Shown: positions 51,024 through 64,000 of the stretch, piece by piece | Layout of the letters: every line of letters starts with the position of its first letter | How positions within the stretch are numbered: the first letter of the stretch is position 1 | From: the human T2T-CHM13v2.0 reference genome, Homo sapiens | Direction: 5' to 3' (one strand) | Length of the DNA: 64,000 nt | Assembly: GCF_009914755.1 (NCBI RefSeq) | Contig: NC_060928.1 | Notes under the pieces: generated by a model | What the model was told of the DNA's origin: nothing | What the model saw: the letters and a program-made list of their open reading frames with translations, nothing else | Database searches by the model: none | Position numbers and translations under genes: made by a program

Positions 51024-51108
51024 GGCCGGGTGCGGTGGCTCATGCCTGTAATCCCAGAGTGCTGGGGCAGCACTCTGGGATTACAGGCATGAGCCACCGC
51101 ACCCGGCC
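51024..51108. repeat. Perfect 41-bp inverted repeat of Alu 5' ends with a 3-nt spacer
   Basis: 51024-51064 is the exact reverse complement of 51068-51108. Confidence 0.95.
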
Positions 51109-51637
51109 CTCATTATTTATTTGTAGACTTGCCCCTCTAAAAAAGAAACTGAACAGTTTATCTTTGAATTGCTGAGAATTCTTAGTTTTCAAAAATTTAG
51201 ATTACATATTATTCACTATCCAAGGGTAATTTTTATGATGTGGGAGGTTTAATTTACTTATTAAAAATTTAGCAAATGAAGTCTGTGTTAAATGAAAAAC
51301 AGGTTTGTGACTTTCCATGAAGGTCAGGGCAACCACATTTTGAAATCATTAGCAATGCTACTTGGTTCAGAGAGTTAGTTTACCGCATATTTTTAAGGCA
51401 AAACTCTTTAATCTACTTGGGAAAAAAAAGACATTTTTTTCCCTGAGATTCATATTTCTTTCCTGCACAGATTTAGCCACGGAATTGACACATTAAAATT
51501 TTCAAAGGATAATAAAAACATGACACTTGAAAGTTTTCAAAACTTGGCTTATTTACAAATTTTTCAGTATTTTATTATACGTTATTTCTGTTCTATTAAA
51601 TCTGAAAACAAAGAATCTTCACTGTTTATTCAAGTAA

Positions 51638-52026
<389 letters not shown>

Positions 52027-52365
52027 TAAAGCAGAGAATGAAATAAATGTCCTGCTCTCATGGTACTTAGAGTTTAGTGAAATATGCATACAATAAATAT
52101 GAAAACATATACATATAAGCCAGGTGGTGATAAATGTTATGAAGAAAAATAAAGCCGGGCAAAGGGACAGCAAGCAACAGAGGTGACTGCTATTTTATAT
52201 AGCTTGTCCAGGATCTTCACTCTTATGGTTTATAATCTCATTTTGGAGATCAATGTAATTTAAGGGTCATGCTAATAATTCCAATGCCCTGGTCCTACAA
52301 AGATTCTACCATATCTAATATATAATACATGCACACACACAAATCTTTTAGAAAAGACAGTATTC

Positions 52366-52859
<494 letters not shown>

Positions 52860-53554
52860 TTAATATTTGACCTGATGATTAATTATATATCTAAGCACGG
52901 TGTTATTTGACAATATAAGAATTATGAAATATGAGGCTAAGTGAATATGGTTTAATTTTTGAGATACTGAAAATCTTTTATTTATAAGCAAATTGTGTTT
53001 TTAAAAGTTCATTTGTAAATACGTATTTGAATCTATGAACATTTTCCCATAGAAACAATATTAAGTATAAGGATGTATATCCAAGTTTATTATTTACCTG
53101 AAATGCTGTTAATAACAATTGAAGAAATAGTAGAAAATAATATTGTTTCTGATTACAGTCTTTAAACAAATGGAGTATCTATACAAAAGAATCAGATTTT
53201 TTTCCTAAGGGATAATACTGAAAAAGATTGAGGTCATTTAGAGGAAAACAGACAGAGAGAAAAAAAGAAAGAGACTGTCGAGGGGACTTAGGGATATTTT
53301 AAGTCTTTAGAGGTTGCTGGGATCATTCGTTATGTCTAATTGCTTTTTATATTGCTTATTCCCCTATTTTTGAGAAATCATGTTATTTAACACTACTCAT
53401 ATTAAATCATGATTGAAGCTGATTTTTTTCTCTTTTCACAAATCTAATTAAGAAGAGAGGCAAAAAGAGAGTAAGTTTTTTTTGTTTGTTTGTTTGTTTT
53501 TGGCTTGGAAATAATCAAAAAGGAAAAATAAAGTTTATTTATAAGAATATTACA

Positions 53555-54496
53555 GGCTGGGCACGGTGGCTCACACCCTGTAGTCCCAGTGATAGGTGAA
53601 GCCAGCTGGACTGCCTGGGTAGAATGGTGACTTGGAGAACTTTTCTGTCTAGCTAAAGGATTGTAAATGCACCAATCAGCACTCTGTGTCTAGCAAAGGG
53701 ATTGTAAATGCACCAATCAGCACTCTGTAAAAACGCACCAATCAGCACTCTGTGTCTAGCTAAAGGATTGTAAACGCACCAATCAGCACTCTGTAAAATG
53801 GACCAATCAGCACTCTGTAAAATGGACCCATCAGCGCTCTGTAAAATGGACCCATCAGCAGGATGGGGGTGGGGCCAAATAAGGAATAAAAGCGGACCAC
53901 CCTAGCCAGCAGCTGCAACCTGCTCCTGTCCTCTTCCATGCTGTGGAAGCTTTGTCCTTTTGCTCTTCACAATAAATCTTGCTGCTGCTCACTCTTTGGG
54001 TCCGCACTACCTTTATGAGCTGTAACACTCACTGAGAAGGTCTGCAGCTTCACTCCTCAAGTCAGCGACACCACGAACCCACCAGAAGGAGGAAACTCTG
54101 GACACATCTGAACATCTAAAGGAACAAACTCCGGACCCACCATCTTTAAGAGCTGTAACACTCACCGCGAGGGTCCGCGGCTTCGTTCTTGAAGTCAGTG
54201 AGACCAAGAACCCACAAGAAGGAATAAATTCTGGACACACCAGTGCTTTGGGAGGCTGAGCTGGGTGAATCGTTTGAGCCTAGGAGTTCAAGAGCAGTCT
54301 TGCCAACATGGCAAAAACCCCGTCTCTACAAAAAACACAAAAATTTAGCTAGGTATGGTGGTGTGCTCCTGTAGTTCCAGCTACTCAGGAGTCTGAGGTG
54401 GGAGGTTGAGGCTACAGTGAGCTGTGAGGTTGCTTGAGCCTGGGAGGTCGAGGCTACAGTCAGCTGTGACTGTGCCACCGCACTCCAGCGTAGGTG
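53555..54496 (+). mobile_element. AluJ-like element split by LTR12
   Basis: GGCTGGGCACGGTGGCTCAC..TCCCAG (53555-53589) resumes as TGCTTTGGGAGGCTGAG at 54244; no poly(A) tail. Confidence 0.85.
53590..54239 (+). mobile_element. LTR12-family (HERV9) solo LTR
   Basis: TGATAGGTGAAGCCAGCTGG...CTGGACACA termini, perfect 4-bp TSD CCAG, tandem ACCAATCAGCACTCTG repeats. Confidence 0.93.
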
Positions 54497-55790
54497 TTAC
54501 TCAAATCCTGCTTCAATGCAATATTGCAATGCAATATTGAAGCACAATTTGAAATAATGAAGAGTTGAAAAGAAACTTAACGTCCACTGGTAGGAAAATA
54601 AGAAAAAAATTTAGACTTAGAATATATTGAAAAAGCCACTAAAGAGAATGCTTCTGACGAATACGTAATGAAGAAGGAAGAAAACAAAGTATGTTTACTG
54701 CAAAAGAAAAGGAAAAAAAGCTGGTGACAAGCATATCTGATTCCATACAGATTTTTCTAGAAGCTTTTAAACCAAAAAATTTCAAGTGTTATTTCTAGGT
54801 GATAAAATAACTGGTAGTTTAAAGCTTTTTCTCTATATTTTTTAGATTTCTAAAATGAACATTATTGATTTTACAATTTTAAACACACTTTTCTGAGTAA
54901 TAGTAATAAATGCAACCCATACTTTTCTGAGTATGAGTTGCATAGGAAAAGTAAGAAAAGGATTTACAGTAACTATACTAAAACTATATATAAATGTATA
55001 AACTACATTTTAATGAATCTATACGAAGAATAAAATTTCTAAGAAGAAAGCAACTGAAAAGAAAATTTTTATTTACCTCATTCTTTTTTAAATGAAAGAA
55101 ACAGCCTGGGGGTAAAGATTCTGTTGACAGACAATCATGCTGGCCCCAGATTTCAGGACCTTTGTAACAGGTCTCTATACTAAATTACCTCTATTGAACT
55201 ACCTTGTGAGGGCTCTATTTTTCTGACTGGATGCTGATTAACGGTAGTATTTTTCTTCTAAGTAGTACTCCTGAATAGCAAAAATTAGATGTGCAAAATC
55301 ATTCTACATATTGCATACCGAGCACTTTTCTCTCTCTGTCTTCTGTGTGTTCAAGCATAGTCAGCACACTCCTTTGTGCAACGTGTGCCCCTCTCATCTT
55401 CCACCAGCTATCCTCAGCCAGAAACCAGGTGGCTCTGGCCATGAGTAAAATCTGGATTGGGATCAAAAAAGGGGTTTAAATCCTTTTTTTGGATTATCAG
55501 AATCCAAAGATTATGGAAGCAGAATCCTTGCTTAAAATATTGTTTTAAAAATTCAAAAAATGAGTAGTATATTCCAGAACATAGCGCCTATTCTGACATG
55601 CTATTTATTGCCAGTGTAATAGATCATCAGGACCATCTAATCTAGGGTCTGTGTTTCCTCCAGGCAGCAAATTTTTTTTTACTGGTGCTCTGACCTTAAA
55701 TGAATCTCACTATATTGCAGGAATCATCAGATAATTCTCATGAATGTCCTTGTTTTTAAAGTTTTTTAAAATGAGACTTAAGAAGCAGCA

Positions 55791-55959
55791 GGCCAGGCAG
55801 CTCCCTCCTGTAATCCCAGTGTTTTGGGAGGTCAAGGCAGGAGAATAGCTTCAGCTCAGGAGTTTGAAATCACAGTGAGACCTGTAACTGTGTGACTGTG
55901 TGACTGTGTGACTGTGCCACTGCACTCCGCTTTAGACAACAGAGTAAGACCCTGTCTCT

Positions 55960-55990
<31 letters not shown>
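55791..55990 (+). mobile_element. Alu monomer with internal (GTGACTGT)n repeat and long poly(A)
   Basis: Single Alu arm; A-run at 55964-55990. Confidence 0.8.
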
Positions 55991-55991
<1 letters not shown>

Positions 55992-58991
55992 CAGCAGCAA
56001 ACTTTTTTTCCCTGCGGGTGAGTTTTCTAAAAAATGTCAAAGACTCAATAGATTGTTTTGTTCAAAATATTGAAACTGAAACCTACTTTCCCTGTAACTA
56101 TTTCTCTTATTATCCTTTTAAATTGAAAAGAAAGGCAATACAATAGTAAGAAATTGTTACAGTAAAGATAAAAGTTTTAAGGCACCCTCCTTCATTCTGT
56201 TCCAGAAGTACATAAAGGACTAAATGTTTCCCTTTGTGGACCACTGTAAGAGAGCTGGGATTCAAAGCCACTCATGCATCTAAAAAATTCCTGCTTCAAG
56301 GTTATTTGATATTTCCTTTTATGCCTTGGGTGGTAAAATTTCAACAATTACATGAATGTTAAAGTGATGTAGAACAAGATAAAATAATTTCTAAAACTGA
56401 TACAAAAAAGAAGCGTGCTTAGTGACCTTGCATCTTTGAACTAAAGTGGAACAATAAAGGGCCTGGTCCCAGCAAATGCAAGCAGGAGAACCTCCTCCAC
56501 CACCATTGAATGTTGATCTATGGAAAACACAGACAGAGGTTTGAAAGAGGCAGGCTGGAGACTCACTGTCTCATCGGAGCTGCTGTGGATTATTTTAGAA
56601 TTTTCACTTTTTACAATTTCCCTCGGGGTTTCCCTAACTTTAATGCACTAAAGATTAAGCTGATTGTATCAGTGGCAAAACATTTCTTTATTTGTATAAT
56701 TAAGTTACCAAATTTGGAGATTTTCAAAGAGCTATTGTCTTCATGCAGTCACATCTTTACTTGAGGCTTCCAGAAAACAGTATTTTCCTATTTTAAATTC
56801 CTGTGAGGTAGGCATATTACTATTCTGATTTTATGGAAGAGGCTTAGAGTGGGTCAGTGACTTGTCTAAGGTTCCATGGTAGGTGACAGAGACAGGATCT
56901 AACCCAGAACTTACTCTAAAACCCTTGGTGTCTTTACACCTAGGACTTGCTGCCTCACTTTGGATGCTTACACTTTTTCACCATTATAATCCAAGTTACA
57001 ATCAAAATATTTTTAGTAACATGTTTGACTATTTATCCTTAGAAGAAATTCCTAGCAACAGAAGTATCATTCAGAAAGCCCTCACCTCTTACTACATCGA
57101 AAGAGATCAGAGCCTGGTTCAAATCTTGACCTCCAAAGCTAAGCTGCCTGTACTCAGAGCTTCACTAGCTGTACATCCTTGGATTAGTTAATTCATCTGA
57201 GTTCCCTATCTATATGATAGAGTTAATATTAATACTTAACTAGGATTATTGAGAAAACCAAATGAGATAATACATTTAAAGTCTGGCACATAGTTGGTTA
57301 TAACTATGTCACCAAATTACCCTTGAGACAGTGATATGCATTTGCACTCCCTAATAGCAAGTGTTTTTATTATGTTAAGCCACTAAAATTTTGCATTTGA
57401 ATTTACTTCTCTGGCTCATATGACCTCAGTTGTGCATGCCCAATTTCTGACCTGTTTCTGGTTCTTAGGTTCCTAACTCTTGTTCCAAAAAGCCTCCTTC
57501 TTTTAATGTTCTCAGAGCTAATCACTCTTTACCATTCTAAAACTACCACCCCCTGCCCATAGCCTTCCATCACAGTTGTACAGATTGTCTGCAATAAGGC
57601 TTTGAATGGTTTTCAGGCTTTTGATCAGTTTCTACCCTCTGAAGACCTTAGAGCAGTCTGCAGGATGTCTTCAGTTTTAGTCTTGTCACAGAGTTCACTG
57701 ATTTCCCCAAATCATCGGTGACCTCCAAAGGTTCCGTCTGTAATCAGGTGTACTGGGCTTCATTCTGTATTTATCTGGCATTTATTTAGCATGTGTTTAC
57801 TGAGTATCTCTTACGTGCTAGCACTGTGCTAAGTGTTGGGAATAGAGAATGAGGTAAGCACAGTCCCAGTCTTCCAGGAGCTTGCAGTGTAGTCTAACCA
57901 TGTCCCCACCATTGTCTTTAACATGTCAATTAGCTGTAATTCTAGGGAAGGAAGCAATCTTTGGAGCACACAGACAATGCACCAGGATATAACGTTGCTC
58001 CTTGAGGCTCCAAAAGGAACCTGAATTCCATAAAGCCATTCCAGGCTAGAGGTGGAATGATAGGTTCACAGTAACATTCCTCTGTCCTCAACCTGTTTAA
58101 AAGCCTCCGACATTTCCTCACATTTCCAGAGGACTTCTCATTTGTTCTCGTGACCTCAGACATCTCACTGATTATATCTTGCCCTCTTCTTCTCCTCTGG
58201 GTTAGTGCCCTGAGGAAGCTATCCCTAAGCCCTTAAAGGAGAAGTCCGACTGTATTCCTGCTGAAGTTGTAGAAATCACTCTTCCATCACTTTATTGATA
58301 AACTCTGATATCTGGATTTCAAACAGTAATGAAATTAGGTTTTCATTTGCTGGTTCGTTGGTGGGAAGAGTTTTTCATATCCATTCACTGTCCTCTCTCC
58401 CCAGAACTTATATGTGGGTCTGTGTGGCTGGCATGAATCCCAGCTGGGAGCCCCACTCCACCTCACAATTCTCTCCCCTGGCAGGCCTCAGCAAGACCTT
58501 GAGATATGCCCAGACATGTCTGAGTTCTAGTGTGAGCCTAGTTTATTCTGAAACTAGGAACTTTGCTCTACATGTTTATAAAAATGACTGTACATTAACA
58601 ACTTTATAAGAATAATTATACCAAACTTCTTAAAGGAATTGTGTTAGGTGTAGTGGTATTATGTGTGAAATTTGTCCTTATTTTCTACATTTTTTAATGT
58701 TGTGTCATGTAATTATGGCTTTTATCATGCAAAAAAAAATGTATAGCCATACCGAAGAAAGGCTTTGTGCTTCTGGAAAATCATGCCTTCTCTGGCAAGG
58801 CTTCAGCTGTTCTGGGCAGATGTGAGTCTGTATTCTAGGGTTGGAGCTGGCACAATATCAGTGATGCAGCCCATCTGTTACAGGTTGAGGTTTTGGATAG
58901 AACTCCAGTTGTTCTAGTGAGGAAAAGGAGTGCTAGACAGGGAAATAGAGGCAGAAAACCAATTTTACATGTTCTGGGCACATATCTGTGA

Positions 58992-59849
58992 TGAAGGAAA
59001 CCAGAATATTCCTCTCTAAAACACTGGGGATTGTTGAGCTAAAATTAAGGTTGAAAGGCAGGAGTACACTGTGCCCCTCCCCTCTGCCTTTCGCACCTGA
59101 AGATGGGGTCCTTTATCAGCTCAGAAACAGAACTCAGAGATACTGGTGCCAGAGGATTTAGGAGGAGACTTTCCTTTTCCCATAAATTTACCTTCCTACA
59201 TTTTTTTGCCTTTTGGAAACCTGAACATACTCTTTTCTATTACATCATGTTTAGCCTGAAGCTGCCTCCCTACATATTTTAAGTTCAGCCTAAAGGTTTC
59301 TCTGTACATAGCGAACTATAACTTAAATGGAGGTGTACACAGACTAAAGCCTATGCTTGTGCAGTTACTGAGTTTTGGCCAAGGGGGCCAACTGTTGAAA
59401 CCTTGTTCAATAAGGTAAATGCCAAGCTGTAACCAACCCAGCTGTTTCCTATTGCACTTCTGTTTTCTGTATGTCACTTTCCTTTTCTGTCTGTAAATCT
59501 TCTTCCACCACATGGTTGCACTGGAGTCTCCCTGGCTCAGGCTGCCTGATTTGCGAATTGTTCTTTGATCAATTAAACTCTGCCAAATTTAATTTGGCTA
59601 AGGTTTTTCTTTTAACATTTCTTTGTCTTGTCACTACATAGGATTTATGGGCCATTGTTAAAATACCATTTCAGCAGGCCCTTAAAACACTACCTTGAAA
59701 GATAAATGTTTGCCCTGAGGCCTCTTCCACGTAATGGGTACAAGTGTTAGTAAACTTCTGCTTATTTTTCTTTTGTTAATCTGACTTCAGGAGAGTGTCT
59801 CAACGAAGAACCTAAGAAAAAGAAAAGAAATTCTATTTTCTCCCCTACA
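58992..59849 (+). mobile_element. MER34-group ERV1 LTR split by MER57
   Basis: TGAAGGAAACCAGAATAT.. start and ..TTTTCTCCCCTACA end. Confidence 0.6.
59238..59617 (+). mobile_element. MER57-family ERV1 solo LTR
   Basis: GTTTAGCCTGAAGCTGCCTCCCTACATATTTTAAGTTCAGCCTAAAGG..TTCTTTTAACA; 4-bp TSD TTTC. Confidence 0.85.
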
Positions 59850-60112
59850 ATAGCATGCCAAGTACTAGGTCAATTAGCAAAAGAAGTAATTCCAACTCTC
59901 ATCAGCCAGTGGGATGTATTTCTTGACTGGTTAAGAGTGGCTTGGGACTTGCGGGTGGTAACTTTTAGAGACTCTAGCCTGTGGGAAGAGTCTCATTTTC
60001 ACTCTTGAATAAGAAGCCCTAGTTATTTCCTGATCACTTTAAAACTCAACCTGGTACACAGAGACAAAAGCACTGGGAAGCACAGTGTTTGCTGAGTTTC
60101 CCTGTCCTCTGA

Positions 60113-60491
<379 letters not shown>

Positions 60492-60850
60492 CAGAAAAAA
60501 AATTCTTATTTACTCCAGTCTAATTTTTTTCATTTTAATGCCCCCTCTATTTACCTGTACTAGAACTTCAGAGAAGAAATAAGGATACTACTAGCAGCCT
60601 GTGCTAAATGTGGTAGTGGGATGACTTGATAATTTTACTATATTTTAGAATGATCCACAGTTACAGTGTTTTTAATATGTCTATTATCTCATTTATGTTG
60701 GAATAGGAAAGACTATACCAAACATCTTAAAGGGATTGTGTTGGGAGTAGTGGTATTATGTGTGAAATTTATCCTTCTTTTTTAAATTTTCTAATTTTAT
60801 AAATTATTATCTAATTTATGTATTAAGCCTTTATCATTTATATCAATTTC

Positions 60851-61160
60851 TTTTTTTTTTTTTTTTTGTATTTATTGATCATTCTTGGGTGTTTCTCTGA
60901 GAGGGGGATTTGGCAGGGTCATAGGATAATAGTGGAGAGAAGGTCAGCAGATAAACACGAGAACAAAAGTCTCTAGTTTTCCTAGGCAGAGGTCCCTGCG
61001 GCCTTCTGCCCTGTTTGTTTGTCCCTGGGTACTTGAGATTAGGGAGTGGTGATGACTCTTAAGGGGCGTGCTGTCTTCAAGCATCTGTTTAACAAAGCAC
61101 ATCTTGCACCGCCCTTAATCCATTTAACCCTGAGTGGACACAGCACATGTTGAAGAGTAG
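60851..61160 (-). mobile_element. 5'-truncated SVA (SINE-R 3' part only)
   Basis: Poly(T) followed by TTTATTGATCATTCTTGGGTGTTTCTC..CATTTAACCCTGAGTGGACACAGCACATGTT, characteristic of the SVA 3' end. Confidence 0.88.
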
Positions 61161-61390
61161 CTATATATGTTAATTTCATATGAGTCATTTCATGTATTTC
61201 TTTTCTGTTTGTAACTTCCCCAGTCTATGCAGATTGTTTTAAAATTCTGAAAAATTAACATAATTATAAAGCAAAACCTAATTATTGCAGAAAAGTTAAT
61301 AAATGCAGAACAACATTAACAATTTAAATAATTCATAATTCTACCACAATGGAAAATCATTTACATATTTGTGCATCATTCAGTTTAGTG

Positions 61391-61882
61391 TTTTTTTTTT
61401 CTTTTTTTTTTTAGGATGGAGCAATCCTTTATTTTCACACACTTTGACAAGGAGGTTTTCTGTAAACAACCTTTCCAGTGGAGAACAGAGAACATGAAAT
61501 CAGCCCCTAGACATCAGCAGCTGCTCTGCTCAGGGCTGAGGCTCCCCCTTGCCCACATGGTGAGGTGGAGGGGTGCACTTCCTTTCCTTTATCAGCTTAT
61601 CCTGCTGCTTCCTCATAGTACTCACATGTCTCATCGTTTTCTGCCTAAGTATACTCTCTGTGAAATCATCATATTCTATCTTGCACTCTTTCTCTGCCCA
61701 GATACTACCGATTCCATGTGCACTTTCTATCTATTCTTTTTCAAAAGCATGACATCGACCAGGAATCTTGTAGGGCTGTTCAGCACTTTGGATTGTCAAC
61801 CATCGATCTACGTTAAGGCCGAACCTTTTCTGCACATCCAAGAAAGGCATGGCGATCTGATGCTTATGCCCTTGTCTCTTCT
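61391..61882 (-). pseudogene. NDUFS5P5: NDUFS5 processed pseudogene (complex I subunit retrocopy)
   Basis: Minus strand 61850-61530 translates [47 protein letters not shown]...KGEPQP*, colinear with NDUFS5 and intronless. Premature TAG at codon 40 (61733-61731). AATAAA at 61433-61428 and poly(A) at 61412-61391. The P5 suffix is from memory of the 4q locus and is less certain than the family call. Confidence 0.93.
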
Positions 61883-62069
61883 CTAATTTATGGTTTTTAA
61901 AAATCACAATATAATTACTGGATTTACTGGCTAAGCAAGGTTCAGCATGCTCGCCATGCTCATAACATTCTTCTAAGTGATTTCTTTCACCTAAATTACT
62001 CTCCTGCTACTGTATGACCTGCTTGTTGGCTAGATTTGTTTGGTCAGAATAGGTACTGCCCTCAAAAGT

Positions 62070-62567
62070 GAGGGGGTAGGCATAATAATGGTCCCTTCAT
62101 AGATCTCCGCATCTGAATCCCTGGAACCTGTTAATATGTTATGTTACATGCAAAGGGGAATTAAGATTGCAGACAGAATGAAGGTTGCTGATCAGTTGAC
62201 AGATTATCCTGGATTATCCAGGTAGATTCAATGTATCCACAAGATTCCTTAAAAGTGGAAGGGAGAGGCCAAAAATGAGAGTCAGAAAGAGATATGACGC
62301 TGAAAGCAGGGTCAGAGAGTTGCTGTGTTGCTGGCTTTGGAGTCAGAGAAGGGGAGCCACGAGTCAAGGGATGCAGGTGACCTCTGCAATTGAAAAGGCA
62401 AAGAAACAGATTTTCTCCTATGGCCTCCAGAAAGGAATGCTGCCCTGTTCACACCTCAATTTTAGCAGAGAGAGCCCCATGTGAAACTTCTGAACTACAG
62501 AATTGTAGTTGTTTTAAACCACTAAGTTTGTGGTAATTTGTTGCGGCAGTAATAGGAAACTGAATTC
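62070..62567 (+). mobile_element. MLT1D-like MaLR LTR
   Basis: AATCCCTGGAACCTG..GAGATTATCCTGGATTATCC-like core and GTTTGTGGTAATTTGTT..GCAGTAATAGGAAAC end. Confidence 0.8.
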
Positions 62568-62852
62568 CTTCCTTCCTTCTACTCTCTCAAAAAGTAAGGG
62601 CTCCTCAATGCCGGGCACTGTATTAGGTGCTAGGGCATTATGCTAGATGCAAGAAACAGCAGTGAAGGAACTAACAGAAGGAAACAGAGCAGAGAAAAAA
62701 AGAATTAATGCCACCCTTAATTCCACAGTTTAGCAATCTATCGGAATAGCTGCAGCCTCTCTGCCTCTTGCTTTACTGTAAGAAGAGAGTTCTCTACATA
62801 GCTCACATTTCTTTACATCTTTTGAGAAGAAGCACCTGACTGCCTTTGTTCA

Positions 62853-63386
<534 letters not shown>

Positions 63387-63408
63387 CTAGAAATGTTAAC
63401 TAAGCTAT

Positions 63409-63785
63409 TGTATTAGTCTATTCTCATGCTGCTAATAAAAACATACCTGAGACTGGATAATTTATAAAGGAAAGAGGTTTAATTGACTCACAGTTCAGCA
63501 TGGCTGGGGAGGCCTCAGGAAATTTGCAATCATGGCAGAAGGCCAAGGGAAAGCAAGGCACCTTCTTTACAAGGCAGCAGGAAGGAGAAATCCAAGCAGG
63601 GGAAATGGCAGACACTTATAAAACCATCACATCTGTGAGACTCACTCATTATTATGAGAGCAACATGGGGGAACCTCCCCCATGATTCAATTACCTCCAC
63701 CAGGTTCTGCCCTTGACATGTGGGTATTATGGGGATTATAATTCAAGGTGAAATTTGGGTGGGGACACAGGGCCAAATCATATCA
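63409..63785 (-). mobile_element. THE1D/MSTA-like MaLR solo LTR
   Basis: TGTATTAGTC...CATATCA termini and THE1/MST-like body. Confidence 0.87.
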
Positions 63786-64000
63786 GAAAGTTGAGGAATT
63801 ATCTGGTTTTTGGAGTTTGCTCTGAAAATACTTTCTGGTTGGAAAACCAAGTAGAATGCAAGTTTATATATTGTGATTATATTTCTATTTAATATTTCTT
63901 CAGAGCTAAAATATTGGCATTGAAATGGTGGGATCAAAACTGAAGAAGTAGGTGCTTTACAACAGCAAGAAAAATACCTAACTAAAATACTTGGGTAAAA

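Noticed and set aside
53660-53860. Regularly spaced ACCAATCAGCACTCTG repeats resembling a CRISPR-like array
   Set aside because: The spacers are themselves repetitive; this is the normal tandem U3 structure of LTR12 in a eukaryotic genome.

Overview
Human (primate) genomic DNA containing the 5' end of PRSS12 (neurotrypsin/motopsin) on the minus strand. Coding exon 1 (13199-13700) encodes the signal peptide, Pro-rich segment and kringle, and lies in a CpG-island promoter. Positions 1-13198 are intron 1; I see no exon 2 in the window. The remaining ~50 kb upstream is repeat-dense intergenic sequence with ~40 Alu copies or fragments, solo LTRs (MER39, MER41, LTR12, MER57 inside a MER34-like LTR, THE1/MST, MLT1), hAT DNA transposon relics (MER1A, MER96, MER102), L1/L2/MIR fragments, a truncated SVA and an NDUFS5 processed pseudogene. 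I found no new multi-gene system. The best leads are: (i) a possible translational-control module in the PRSS12 5' leader, made of a strong-Kozak overlapping uORF plus a G-quadruplex/hairpin switch; (ii) an in-frame stop immediately after a non-consensus exon-1 donor, with nearby intronic poly(A) signals, which could give a secreted kringle-only isoform; (iii) a perfect 41-bp Alu-derived palindrome; (iv) a 156-codon ORF antisense to the NDUFS5 retrocopy, preceded by a splice-acceptor-like site and lying downstream of a same-strand LTR12. Repeat family names come from recognising consensus sequences by eye; boundaries without a stated TSD are approximate.
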